The notes under the pieces are model-generated. The model was given only the letters and a program-made list of their open reading frames with translations, was not told where the DNA came from and did no database searches. A program made the translations under genes and the position numbers. Below are positions 40,972 to 49,800 of a DNA stretch of 64,000 bases, piece by piece (position 1 is the stretch's first letter; each line of letters opens with the position of its first letter). This DNA comes from Terriglobia bacterium (lineage in GTDB: Bacteria; Acidobacteriota; Terriglobia; 20CM-2-55-15): assembly GCA_963664115.2 (NCBI GenBank), contig CAXWPJ010000009.1:672001-736000 (forward strand), written 5' to 3'.

Positions 40972-41700
40972 AGCCTTAGGGAACCACTCGTCACTATGCA
41001 ATTCGAAGTACTCAGCCAGTTCGGTGAAAAATGCCCGCGCTGCCTGACAGTATTCCTCAAAGACACCTTCTTGAATGTAGAGGCCCTCTCCTGCGAGAGG
41101 GGAACCTAAGGGTACCCGAGGGCTCCATGCTTCCGGAAATAATAGCTCATCAAAACCGGGGTACCGAAACAGCTCCGGACGTTGGCGGTGCAGCTTCATC
41201 GCTGAAGATCCCTCACCATGTTTGACCGAATTTGCCACAAGGCGCAGTTCTTCGATTGGAGCCCAGGTTCTAAAGTCTCTTAGATCGATTCCGAAGTGGC
41301 GCTTATACCAGTCCGCGACAACCGACAGCTTTGTATCAGTTGGCTGGGGCACACGGAAGGATCCATCGCTACACGTATCCTTCAGCTGCTGCTCGACTAG
41401 GTGGAAGAGCCCTGCCGCGTAAATGCCGATGCTCGAATAGCGCAACGCGAACATCGTCTGATACCAGCCTATTCCGGCGTCTTGGGCCTCCTCCGCAACT
41501 GCTCCCATATCCACGTCGCCGTCTTCTGGAGCCGGCTGTCCAAGAAGCTTCTCCCACTCTCTCTGCGCGACTTCTTCCGCTCTCGCTTCAAGGTCCTTGA
41601 ATGCTGGAAGAACCGTGTCGCAAACACATTCTCCATACATCGCTATGAACTCGAGAGGTGTCCGCACTCTCATCGCCATGTAACTGCCTTGAACGGGCAT
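40966..41700 (-). CDS. Hypothetical protein, possibly HEPN-like (cassette 2)
   Basis: Fills the cassette exactly; predicted helical; ELRLVANSVKHGEG resembles a degenerate HEPN R..N...H motif. Confidence 0.6.
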   Translation of the reverse strand: MPVQGSYMAMRVRTPLEFIAMYGECVCDTVLPAFKDLEARAEEVAQREWEKLLGQPAPEDGDVDMGAVAEEAQDAGIGWYQTMFALRYSSIGIYAAGLFHLVEQQLKDTCSDGSFRVPQPTDTKLSVVADWYKRHFGIDLRDFRTWAPIEELRLVANSVKHGEGSSAMKLHRQRPELFRYPGFDELLFPEAWSPRVPLGSPLAGEGLYIQEGVFEEYCQAARAFFTELAEYFELHSDEWFPKAG

Positions 41701-41723
41701 GGTTCCATACCCCGAAAACGTCT

Positions 41724-41819
41724 GGCTAACGGCTCGGCGTTCAGCCGCGCCGAGGCGAGCGTCTTTTGCGAGCCGAGGGAACCGCCGAAGGCGGCGTCGG
41801 CTGCAACGCCTTGTTCGGC
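41724..41819 (-). other. attC site of cassette 1
   Basis: Minus strand: GCCGAAC - GTTGCAGC - stem - GCTGAAC - GTTAGCC (96 bp). Confidence 0.9.
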
Positions 41820-42391
41820 AGAACCTCCGGGAACAAGCAATCCTCTTCGATTTGCCAGCGCTTCAGCATAACGAAAACTGCACAATACGGTTCTTCAAGG
41901 GATGCTCGACTCTTTCTTCCCATACCCAAGACCAACTGGTTTGCCCAATCAATAGACTTTGGCGGAAGAGAACCGCGCTTAAGACGGAGCGATCGCTTTA
42001 TTGATGATAGTGTGCGCCCCTGTCGAACTCCTTCGCGAGTTCGCCTGACAATCTCGACTTGCGATAGTTTGCTTTGCCAAATCTCGATAACTCCCAGACT
42101 CAAGTTGTATCCAATATGAAGCACCGCGTGGCATGCGACGCAAACGGGCACGAGATTCTTTGGTGAATTACTTCGACTACTCCTCACGTGATGAAGGTTC
42201 ATCCACTTGCGCGCTCTGTGCCCACAAAAAACGCATGTCCAATTGTCCCTCTCCAAGACCGTTTTTCGAAGGCGCCTCCACACTGTCTGTTTCGGCCGTT
42301 TGGGAAACCAATACGCCGGATTGATTACGCCCGGGCGAAGAACCCATTTGCTTTGTGCCTTCGTTGAGGTTTTGCGCCTGACGGTCATCAC
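41741..42391 (-). CDS. HNH endonuclease-like protein (cassette 1)
   Basis: WRRLRKTVLERDNWTCVFCG..HH...N...NLVPVCVACHAVLH. Confidence 0.82.
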   Translation of the reverse strand: MMTVRRKTSTKAQSKWVLRPGVINPAYWFPKRPKQTVWRRLRKTVLERDNWTCVFCGHRARKWMNLHHVRSSRSNSPKNLVPVCVACHAVLHIGYNLSLGVIEIWQSKLSQVEIVRRTREGVRQGRTLSSIKRSLRLKRGSLPPKSIDWANQLVLGMGRKSRASLEEPYCAVFVMLKRWQIEEDCLFPEVLPNKALQPTPPSAVPSARKRRSPRRG

Positions 42392-42399
42392 CCGTTTCT

Positions 42400-42420
42400 G
42401 CCGAACACATAAATGAGCAG
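42400..42420 (-). other. Putative attI site
   Basis: Minus strand CTGCTCATTTATGT-GTTCGGC; GTTCGGCAGAA is the exact complement of the cassette 1 end TTCTGCCGAAC; no attC stem upstream; lies 3' of intI. Confidence 0.75.
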
Positions 42421-42461
42421 ACGGGGCGAAAGCGAGTTAATGCATCTCCCATCCGCATAAG

Positions 42462-42491
42462 TCTATACGAGTTATCTCATTCATTCTGCAA
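42462..42491 (-). promoter_or_regulatory. Candidate Pc cassette promoter
   Basis: TTGCAG-N18-TATAGA about 55 bp upstream of the attI crossover, facing the cassettes; consensus match only. Confidence 0.3.
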
Positions 42492-42589
42492 AGTGTCTGA
42501 GTACGAAGATGTTACACGACGTTCGAATCTTGCAGTACGGAATTATCCGGAGGATGGGGACCCACGGGCGGGCGAAGCGGGATAAGGGT

Positions 42590-43612
42590 TTATTCGGAAG
42601 GGAGGTCCAGGGAATCGAACGGACTCCGGACTCCGTGGGGCCCCCTGTTGAGGACGTGTGTATAGATCATGGTGGTTCGAACGTCCTCGTGGCCGAGGAG
42701 TTTCTGTACGGTTCGGATGTCATGTCCGCTTTCGAGCAGATGTGTGGCAAACGAATGACGAAGGCTGTGTGCGGTGGCAGGTTTGGCGATGCCCGCCTGC
42801 CCGGCGGCGCGTCTCATCTCCTTCTGCACCGAGGATTCATGAATATGGTGGCGTCTTTCCGTCTCCGAGTCCGGGTCGAAGTGACGGCGTGGGGCGGGAA
42901 AGACCCATTGCCAGCTCCACGCGGACTCGGCGTTCGGGTATTTGACTGCCAACGCATTCGGGAGCCGGACGCGTCCGAAGCCGCGAAGCAAATCGTCCAT
43001 GTGGACTGTTCGCGCAGCCCCCAACTGATTCGTCAATTCGACTCTGAGCCGGGAAGGGAGAACCGTCACGCGGTCTTTCCGGCCCTTGCCGCTCCGGACA
43101 AGGATCGATCGGCGCCCGAAGTCGATATCCTTGACGCGCAGCTGCAGCGCTTCAGTCAACCGAAGGCCTGTGCCGTAGAGAACACGACCCAGCAGTGCGG
43201 GAACGCCCCGCATCGCTGCCAATACCCTGGCGACCTCTTCAGTGGTGAGTACGACCGGCAACCGCCTGGGACGGCGTGCTCGAACCGGAGCTTCGATCCA
43301 GTGCGTCGGTCGTCCCAGTACTTCCCGGTACAGATAAAGAATCGCTGCGAGCGCCTGGTTCTGGGTGGATGCGCTCACGTTGCGTTGGACAGCCAGGTAA
43401 GTCAGAAAAACCTCGATATGCGATTCGTCAAGATCCTTGGGATGCTGCAGACCGTGAAAAGAGATATATCGGCGAACCCAGGACGCATACGTCTTCAGTG
43501 TGCGGGGACTGTAGTGGCGGATTCGGAGCGAATCCTTCAAGAGGTCCATTAACTTTCCCCCGGCATTGCCCGGATTTCGGCCCGTCTTCGGTCGGTTTCG
43601 ATTCCCAGTCAT
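42590..43612 (-). CDS. intI: Integron integrase
   Basis: RHYSPRT, VSASTQNQALAA, LYGTGLR, GKGRKDR, IntI-specific insert LPNALAVKYPNA..W.WQWVFPA..RRHH, HSLRHSFATHLL, LLGH.DV.TTMIYTH; start uncertain. Confidence 0.96.
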   Translation of the reverse strand: MTGNRNRPKTGRNPGNAGGKLMDLLKDSLRIRHYSPRTLKTYASWVRRYISFHGLQHPKDLDESHIEVFLTYLAVQRNVSASTQNQALAAILYLYREVLGRPTHWIEAPVRARRPRRLPVVLTTEEVARVLAAMRGVPALLGRVLYGTGLRLTEALQLRVKDIDFGRRSILVRSGKGRKDRVTVLPSRLRVELTNQLGAARTVHMDDLLRGFGRVRLPNALAVKYPNAESAWSWQWVFPAPRRHFDPDSETERRHHIHESSVQKEMRRAAGQAGIAKPATAHSLRHSFATHLLESGHDIRTVQKLLGHEDVRTTMIYTHVLNRGPHGVRSPFDSLDLPSE

Positions 43613-43805
43613 GGCGCATAGAGAGCACGAGCAGCTCGGACTCCAACTGACACGGGGGAATTGGGGCCCGAGGAAGGCCAGTTCAGGGGGGATCACGGAC
43701 GGTCTCCCCGGCATGACAACACTGCAATGGCCGTTAGGTCCCGGTTGTGGAAGTCGCACAAGGTGGCGACTTCGCGATAATCCGGCGGGAAAACTCGCCC
43801 GCGCG

Positions 43806-44330
43806 TCAGTCGTGTGTGGGTGAATCGGGCTCGGGAAGGGAAGCGAGCAACTGTTCCCCGATCTGCCGCGCCCTCACCGCGCCGCTTTCCGTCAGTTGGT
43901 ACCGGCGCCCGCGATACTTTCCAACAACAAGGATGGATTTCCTCCGCGCATGATTGTTGAGGAGGTAATCGGCGCGGGATACGCGGTGCCCGGACGCGCG
44001 CAGTCCCTGGATGAGCTCGGTTCCGCTGACCAGAGTATTGTTTCGAATCTGTTTTTGGCCCAGCAGCAACACGAGCACAGCTTCCGAAGCCGACCTGGAT
44101 TGGACATTGAGCCACACGACCTTGCCGCTGACACGCATGATCTTGTCCAGGGGAGGTGTCTCTTCTTTCCCCTCCCGGGCTCGGGCAGCGGCGCCCGCAG
44201 CGAGCGTTTCCGCGTTCCCGCCCACGGTCAGCGTCATGAACGCATTGGCCTGCCGCTCGACGATCTCTACGGGACCTTCGGCTTCGAAACGTCTATCACC
44301 GATTTCGATCTTGATCCTCAGGTTTTCCAT
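43806..44330 (-). CDS. Hypothetical protein with possible C-terminal winged helix
   Basis: 174 aa; N-terminal IKIEIG..FEAEG; C-terminal RYQLTESG wing-like motif. Confidence 0.55.
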   Translation of the reverse strand: MENLRIKIEIGDRRFEAEGPVEIVERQANAFMTLTVGGNAETLAAGAAARAREGKEETPPLDKIMRVSGKVVWLNVQSRSASEAVLVLLLGQKQIRNNTLVSGTELIQGLRASGHRVSRADYLLNNHARRKSILVVGKYRGRRYQLTESGAVRARQIGEQLLASLPEPDSPTHD

Positions 44331-44829
44331 AAGAAGTCTATCTGCAACATGATCTCTTCAAGAAGTGCATGTACACGCTGAAATATGCATAGTGCTATTT
44401 ATCTAGACATACACCACTATGAATTAATCTTGTTGACTTGTATTGACACTTTTTCGATCAATATAGTCGTATGTCAGTGCTTTTAACACATATCGCACAT
44501 GAGAATGGCGTTACACAGGTGACGAGCTGTATTAAACGACAACCAATCCATTATTAATTGTATTTAAGATGTTCAAATAAAAATATATGAACTTTAAACT
44601 ATTCAGTGTTGTGTGGCGCTTTATGGAGATGTATAGCTGTTTCGGAAAGCGCGAGTCTAGTCATTGATCTCGAATTTCCGCATTTCGGACTGCAAAACAC
44701 CGCCTTCACTGCCAATGAGAATCAGACGTCCTTCATAAGAGGGCTGCGCTCGTTGTCCACTCGGGGATGTCGTCGGCTATGCCGCTCCACGCGTGTCCGT
44801 CATGACCGAGGAGGCGCCCAGTTGATTGC

Positions 44830-44995
44830 GCGATCACGTTTGTGCAGCGGTTTGGAGGCAGTCTCAATTGTCACCTCCATCCACTTCCACATGCTGGCGC
44901 TCGACGGCGTCTATGCGGCTGCTGAGAACGGGCATCCCCGATTCCACGCGCTGCCTGCCCCGGACGATGCCCATGTCGTCGAAGGTGCCCGCCGC
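44830..44995 (+). pseudogene. IS91/ISCR-family (HUH) transposase fragment
   Basis: AITFVQRFGGSLNCHLH, then frameshift to HFHMLALDGVY, matching the QRFG.ALN...HFH.L.LDGVY motif of ISCR-type transposases. Confidence 0.75.
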
Positions 44996-45026
44996 AAACA
45001 GTCACAACTCCGGTTCGGGGCAACGG

Positions 45027-45072
45027 GCACTCCTGCGTACTGCCATCTATGCTTGACCCACTCCGTTTGAAC
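45027..45072 (+). repeat. Right 46-bp direct repeat bounding the integron island
   Basis: GCACTCCTGCGTACTGCCATCTATGCTTGACCCACTCCGTTTGAAC; last 24 bp identical to 38465-38488. Confidence 0.85.
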
Positions 45073-45090
45073 AGCTTATTCTCACGACTG

Positions 45091-46143
45091 ATGAGGAAAT
45101 TTCTACGTTCCGCAACATTGGGTATCGTTATGTTGGCGGCGCCACTCATCGCCTTTGCTCAGGAAGACCTGCCGCGGGTCGTGGTCCTCGCTACGGGAGG
45201 TACGATCGCCAGCACCTACGACGACGCGATCGGTGCGCTGCGTGTCGCCTTGACCGGCGACGAGATCGTGAGCGCGGTCCCGGGCCTGGACGAAATCGCT
45301 CGGATTACGGTTGAAGAAGTTGCGAACGTTAACAGTCGGAACATGACCCCCGCCATCTGGCTCAGCCTCTCCAAAAGGGCGAACGAACTGCTCGCACTGC
45401 CGGATGTTACAGGCCTCGTCGTAACGCACGGCACGGACACGCTCGAAGAGACGGCGTATTTTCTGGATCTCACCGTGACCAGCGACAAGCCGGTCGTCCT
45501 CGTTGGTGCGCAGCGAGCCCCGACAAACTACGACTCCGACGGCCCCCGAAACATGCTCAACGCGGTGCGCGTCGCTGCATCTGCCGAAGCGGTCGGCATG
45601 GGCACGATGGTCGTCATGAACGGGCAGATTAACGCGGCACGAGAGGTCACCAAGACCAACACACTCGACGTTGAGACCTTCCAAACTCTCGACTTTGGTC
45701 TCCTGGGCGTCGCGGATATCGAAGAGGTCCGCTTCTACAGGGCACCGTTTCGTCGCCAAACCATCGCGCTCGACGCAGAAGTTGAATTGGGGAACGTCGT
45801 GATCATCAGTGAGTATGCAGGATCCGATGGTCGGTCCATCGAGCTGCTTCTTGAGGACGGAAACCTCGACGGAGTTGTGATCGCGGGCCTCGGCCTCGCC
45901 CACGTGAGCGATCCGACACTGGAAGCTCTGCGCGCGGTACGCGCACGCGGGATCCCCGTCGTGGTCAGTTCGCGAGTACTGACCGGACGGATCGTCCCGC
46001 TCTACGCAATCAACATCGAGTTGTTGAACATCGGCGCCATTCAGGCGGACAACTTGAGTCCCCAAAAAGCCCGCGTACTTCTCATGGTGGCCATGACGAA
46101 AACCACCGATACCGAGGAACTCCAACGCTACTTCAACCGCTGA
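45091..46143 (+). CDS. Secreted type II L-asparaginase/glutaminase
   Basis: Signal peptide, ATGGTIA, HGTDTLEETAY, SDGPRN, LSPQKARVLL. Confidence 0.92.
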   Translation: MRKFLRSATLGIVMLAAPLIAFAQEDLPRVVVLATGGTIASTYDDAIGALRVALTGDEIVSAVPGLDEIARITVEEVANVNSRNMTPAIWLSLSKRANELLALPDVTGLVVTHGTDTLEETAYFLDLTVTSDKPVVLVGAQRAPTNYDSDGPRNMLNAVRVAASAEAVGMGTMVVMNGQINAAREVTKTNTLDVETFQTLDFGLLGVADIEEVRFYRAPFRRQTIALDAEVELGNVVIISEYAGSDGRSIELLLEDGNLDGVVIAGLGLAHVSDPTLEALRAVRARGIPVVVSSRVLTGRIVPLYAINIELLNIGAIQADNLSPQKARVLLMVAMTKTTDTEELQRYFNR

Positions 46144-46269
46144 AGGTAACAGCCTGTGTTAGAACCCTGAAAGGCCCTGTCAACCTGGGAGCGCTGACTC
46201 GCGTTGTTTGAAAGAGCAGTTCCATCGTGCCAGGTGAAAATGTGGGCTGAGTCTCGACAGCCAATGTGG

Positions 46270-47856
46270 CTATCGCACGAAAACGTAGGCTGCGCCGGCG
46301 TCCGGAGCCGAGTTGTCGGTCTCGTTACCGTTGAACTCCCCGGCGGAACTGTCTTCGAAGCGCGCGCCCACGGCCAGGACTGTGCCGTCCTGGTTGAGAG
46401 CGACAGAGCTTCCGAACTCGTCGTATTGCTCCGTGTTCGAACCCTTGACATAGACCTGATGGGTCCAAGCACCGCCGCTCCGCGTATAGACGTAAACCGC
46501 GCCGGATTCCTGGGCCGAGTCGTCGCCCTGATCCCCGGCGAAACCAGTAGCCGCGCTGTCTTCGTTAGGCGCACCGACAACAAGCGTGTTGCCATCGCCA
46601 CTCAGCGCCAGGCGGACACCGAACCAGTCTTCATGTCCTGCGTTCGAGGCTTTGACAAACGCCTGTTGCGACCAACTGCTACCCGCACGTGTAAACACGT
46701 ATGCGGCCCCGGCGGAGGTATTCGTTATTTCATCGGCCCCGCCCTGATCGCCCGGATTGACGCCGGTGAGAAAACTATCTTCGTCGGCGGACCCTGCCGC
46801 CACCGTGTTTCCATCATCGCTGATGGCGACCCAGGCTCCCATCGAATCTCCGGGCTCGCTGTTTGAGGCCTGCAGGCGGTCCTGCTCGGACCACCGATCG
46901 CCACTGCGCGTGAAGATATCGACAGCCCCTCTCCTTCCGTCTCCGTCGTACACCCCCACGGCCAAGGTACCGGCGTTGCCGTCGAGTGCGACGGAGTAGC
47001 CGAACAGAACGTTGGCAGTTGTGTTGGAGCTCTTGATATAAGCTTGCTGGGACCACGTCCCGTCGTCTCGCCGGACGAATACATAAACGGCGCCGGCAGC
47101 GATCGCCGAGTTGTCCAACTGGTTGCTATCGATTCCGCTCGCCCCACTGTCTTCACTGGGAGCTCCCACAGCGAGCGTGCCACCGTCGTCGCTCAGCGCG
47201 ATCGTGTAACCGAACGTGTCTCCGTCCCCGGGTTCACCTGTGTTCGAAGCCTTGATATAGGCGGCCTGCGACCAGGTGGTCCCTGTGCGCGTAAAGACGT
47301 ACACGGCGCCCGACTGGTTGAGGGAGTCGTCGTCCTCCTCGCCATTGACACCAGTAGCGCTGCTGTCCTCGAAGACGGCGGACACAGCCAGCGTGTTGCC
47401 GGCCGCGCTCAGGGCGAGCGCGGATCCGAACTGGTCGTTCGGTCCGGTATTGGAGGCTTTGATGAAGGACTGCTGGGACCAGCTCGCGCTCGCGCCCGTG
47501 TAAACGTACACGGCGCCCGAGCTGTAAGCGGAGTCATCGGCCGGGCTGGGATCGTCGTCATAGACGCCGGTGGCCGAACCCCCGTTCATCGGAGCACCAA
47601 CCGCGAGTGTCGTGCCGTCGCCGCTGAGAGCGATCGCGGATCCGAACTGGTCTCCCGCAATCGGGCTCGACGCATTGATGTGACCCACCTGACTCCATGC
47701 CGGTGGAGAGTTCTCAGTCGAAGACGCGCCCGTTTCGGTTCCCCCGTCCTCGGCGCAGGCCGCGACCAGGAGCATTCCGGCGGCGGCCAGAACGAGTCTG
47801 CCATGGATCGCCCCTCGGACCGCAGCTCTCGCGTCGAGGCCTATTGATCCGCGCAT
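46270..47856 (-). CDS. FG-GAP (integrin alpha-like) repeat lipoprotein
   Basis: Lipobox-like VAAC; repeats of D.FG..ALS.DG.TLAVGA..ED and GAVYVF.R....W.Q.AY.KASN. Confidence 0.88.
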   Translation of the reverse strand: MRGSIGLDARAAVRGAIHGRLVLAAAGMLLVAACAEDGGTETGASSTENSPPAWSQVGHINASSPIAGDQFGSAIALSGDGTTLAVGAPMNGGSATGVYDDDPSPADDSAYSSGAVYVYTGASASWSQQSFIKASNTGPNDQFGSALALSAAGNTLAVSAVFEDSSATGVNGEEDDDSLNQSGAVYVFTRTGTTWSQAAYIKASNTGEPGDGDTFGYTIALSDDGGTLAVGAPSEDSGASGIDSNQLDNSAIAAGAVYVFVRRDDGTWSQQAYIKSSNTTANVLFGYSVALDGNAGTLAVGVYDGDGRRGAVDIFTRSGDRWSEQDRLQASNSEPGDSMGAWVAISDDGNTVAAGSADEDSFLTGVNPGDQGGADEITNTSAGAAYVFTRAGSSWSQQAFVKASNAGHEDWFGVRLALSGDGNTLVVGAPNEDSAATGFAGDQGDDSAQESGAVYVYTRSGGAWTHQVYVKGSNTEQYDEFGSSVALNQDGTVLAVGARFEDSSAGEFNGNETDNSAPDAGAAYVFVR

Positions 47857-48272
47857 GGGCCCGGTTCGCGGGGTTGGTTCGGTTCGTTGCCGCGGAAAAT
47901 TTCCTTGCCGTTCGCGTCGATTACCCGGGCTTCTTCAGAGAGGCTCATGTACGGTTGGCCGTTCTTGCGACTTCGGCCGACCATGGTGACTCGATCTCCC
48001 GCCTTGATGACATCCTCGTTCCAGCACCAGTCTCTCAAGTTGCTCGGACGACCCAGCTCTCCCGTCCACCGGACGGTGCGGCCGTTGGGTTCGGTGGTCT
48101 CGAGTTGGAGGAATGAATGGGGATTGAGGAGCTGAATCTCCAGAACCATTCCCGATACCGAAGTCAGGGTATCCTCATAGCGGCCGGCATCTCCATGATG
48201 TGCGACGGCGGGCCCCGACATCAGGACAAGACTAAGGACCATTATTAACCCACGTGCCAAAGCGCTCTGCAT
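47841..48272 (-). CDS. DUF6152-like small exported protein
   Basis: Signal peptide ending AHHG, NPH, W..E, GD.VT pattern. Confidence 0.7.
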   Translation of the reverse strand: MQSALARGLIMVLSLVLMSGPAVAHHGDAGRYEDTLTSVSGMVLEIQLLNPHSFLQLETTEPNGRTVRWTGELGRPSNLRDWCWNEDVIKAGDRVTMVGRSRKNGQPYMSLSEEARVIDANGKEIFRGNEPNQPREPGPCADQ

Positions 48273-48409
48273 GATCCAAAAACCTCCTGATCTGAACAGC
48301 TTATATAATAGACATCAATAGAGAGGTCAAAATTTTCTGGAATATCGGCCGCGTCGCTTCCTACGCTTTCGCCAAGCCGATGAGACCGAGCCTACTGAAG
48401 ATCGGTGAA

Positions 48410-48535
48410 CCCCCAACGGCTTGGGTCATCTTGGCTAAACCGAAATCCAACACCTTCACGGTGCCGTCAGACCGTACCTTCACGCTAGCCGGTTTGAGCT
48501 CCCTACGGATGATCCCTTGATCGTGCGCTGCCTCC
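48410..48535 (-). pseudogene. Ser/Thr protein kinase fragment
   Basis: [35 protein letters not shown]: subdomains VIb-VII with a degenerate catalytic loop; no surrounding ORF. Confidence 0.78.
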
Positions 48536-48553
48536 CGACGCTAGGCGCGGTGC

Positions 48554-49777
48554 TCAGTCGAGAGTCCACAGGGTCAGGTTGCTGACGTCCTTCACGTAGA
48601 AAGCGCTTCCTGAAATCGCAGGCTGCGCCCACGTTGCACTGGAGGCGACCTCGTAACGACGAATGGGCTCGAGCCCGGTCCGGCTGGCGTTCAGGACCAG
48701 CATTTCCGCATCATCCTGGAGCGAGAATATCGTGTTGCCGGCTCGGACAATCGCCGCGTTCTCAGCTTGACGCGGGTCGCTCAGCCATAACACTTGTCCC
48801 GAATCGAGGTCCAGGCCGAAGTATTGACCGCTGTTCAAGTGCGAGAGCCCGTAAAGCACGCCGTTGATTTCGACTCCGTTGGTCATATGCAGAGAGACTT
48901 CGTCGGTATGCCAGACATCTTCGGTCGTCCACCCGTCGGCCCCCGAAACGACGCGAAACGCCGTAATGCCGTTTTCGCGGCCAGCCTGGATCACCATGTC
49001 ACCGTAAAGAATAGGTGTCTGGGCGGTTGTGTCGGAGGGCGTCACGAACGGACGGCTCCAGAGCAGTTCACCGCTCGCCACCGCAACACCAACAAGATTC
49101 CGGTTCGTAAACGTCACAACCTGCCGAATTCCTTCCAGTTCGACAACGATCGGTGAACCATAGGCTGGGCTGTCTCCCTCCCATTGCCAACGGGGTTCAC
49201 CTGTAGCGACATCGAACGCCGTAAGTGCCCCGTCACCCGGGCCGCCCACGTGGACGATCATCACATCACCATCGACAACCGGCGACATGCCCGTGTGGTA
49301 TAGAGGTTGCGCCGCCGGTGCTGGGTTCTGCCAGAGCTGCGCGCCGTTCTCCGCATCGAAGGCAGTTACAATGCCGCTCATACCCAAAGTAAAAATACTG
49401 CCGTCGGCGTAGGTGGGTGTGGACTTGGGACCGGGGCCGTGGCGAGCTGTGGAGGAGGACATAACGAACGGGGCCGGATAACTCGTCCGCCAGATCGCTT
49501 CGCCCGTCTCTCGATCCAGCATTTGTAAGACTTCGTCCTCGTTCTGGCGTGTGTAAATGTAGACACGATCGCCCACAACGAGAGGTGTGGCGTAACCGGT
49601 TCCGACCTCCACCTGCCACTGCAGGTTTAACTGATCCGGCCAAGACGCGGGCGTGCTGAACTGAGCGATCGCACCGTCCCGGTTCGGTCCCCTCCACTGC
49701 GGCCAGTCCTGGCCATAGGCCATCGATGTGAGCCCAAAGCCGATGGTGAGGACGGAAAGTAGCCTCAGTTTTCCCAT
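48554..49777 (-). CDS. Exported PQQ-like beta-propeller protein
   Basis: MGKLRLL signal peptide after GAGG RBS, DWPQWRGPNRDG, GPKSTPT, WAQPAI. Confidence 0.87.
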   Translation of the reverse strand: MGKLRLLSVLTIGFGLTSMAYGQDWPQWRGPNRDGAIAQFSTPASWPDQLNLQWQVEVGTGYATPLVVGDRVYIYTRQNEDEVLQMLDRETGEAIWRTSYPAPFVMSSSTARHGPGPKSTPTYADGSIFTLGMSGIVTAFDAENGAQLWQNPAPAAQPLYHTGMSPVVDGDVMIVHVGGPGDGALTAFDVATGEPRWQWEGDSPAYGSPIVVELEGIRQVVTFTNRNLVGVAVASGELLWSRPFVTPSDTTAQTPILYGDMVIQAGRENGITAFRVVSGADGWTTEDVWHTDEVSLHMTNGVEINGVLYGLSHLNSGQYFGLDLDSGQVLWLSDPRQAENAAIVRAGNTIFSLQDDAEMLVLNASRTGLEPIRRYEVASSATWAQPAISGSAFYVKDVSNLTLWTLD

Positions 49778-49800
49778 AAAAACACCTCGTATGTGATTGG

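Noticed and set aside
42509-43552. 347-aa plus-strand ORF
   Set aside because: Antisense shadow of intI, with no independent motifs
44527-44542. LexA box near intI
   Set aside because: CTGT-N8-ACAA is only a partial match and lies ~900 bp from the intI start
45103-46125. 340-aa minus-strand ORF
   Set aside because: Antisense to the asparaginase gene
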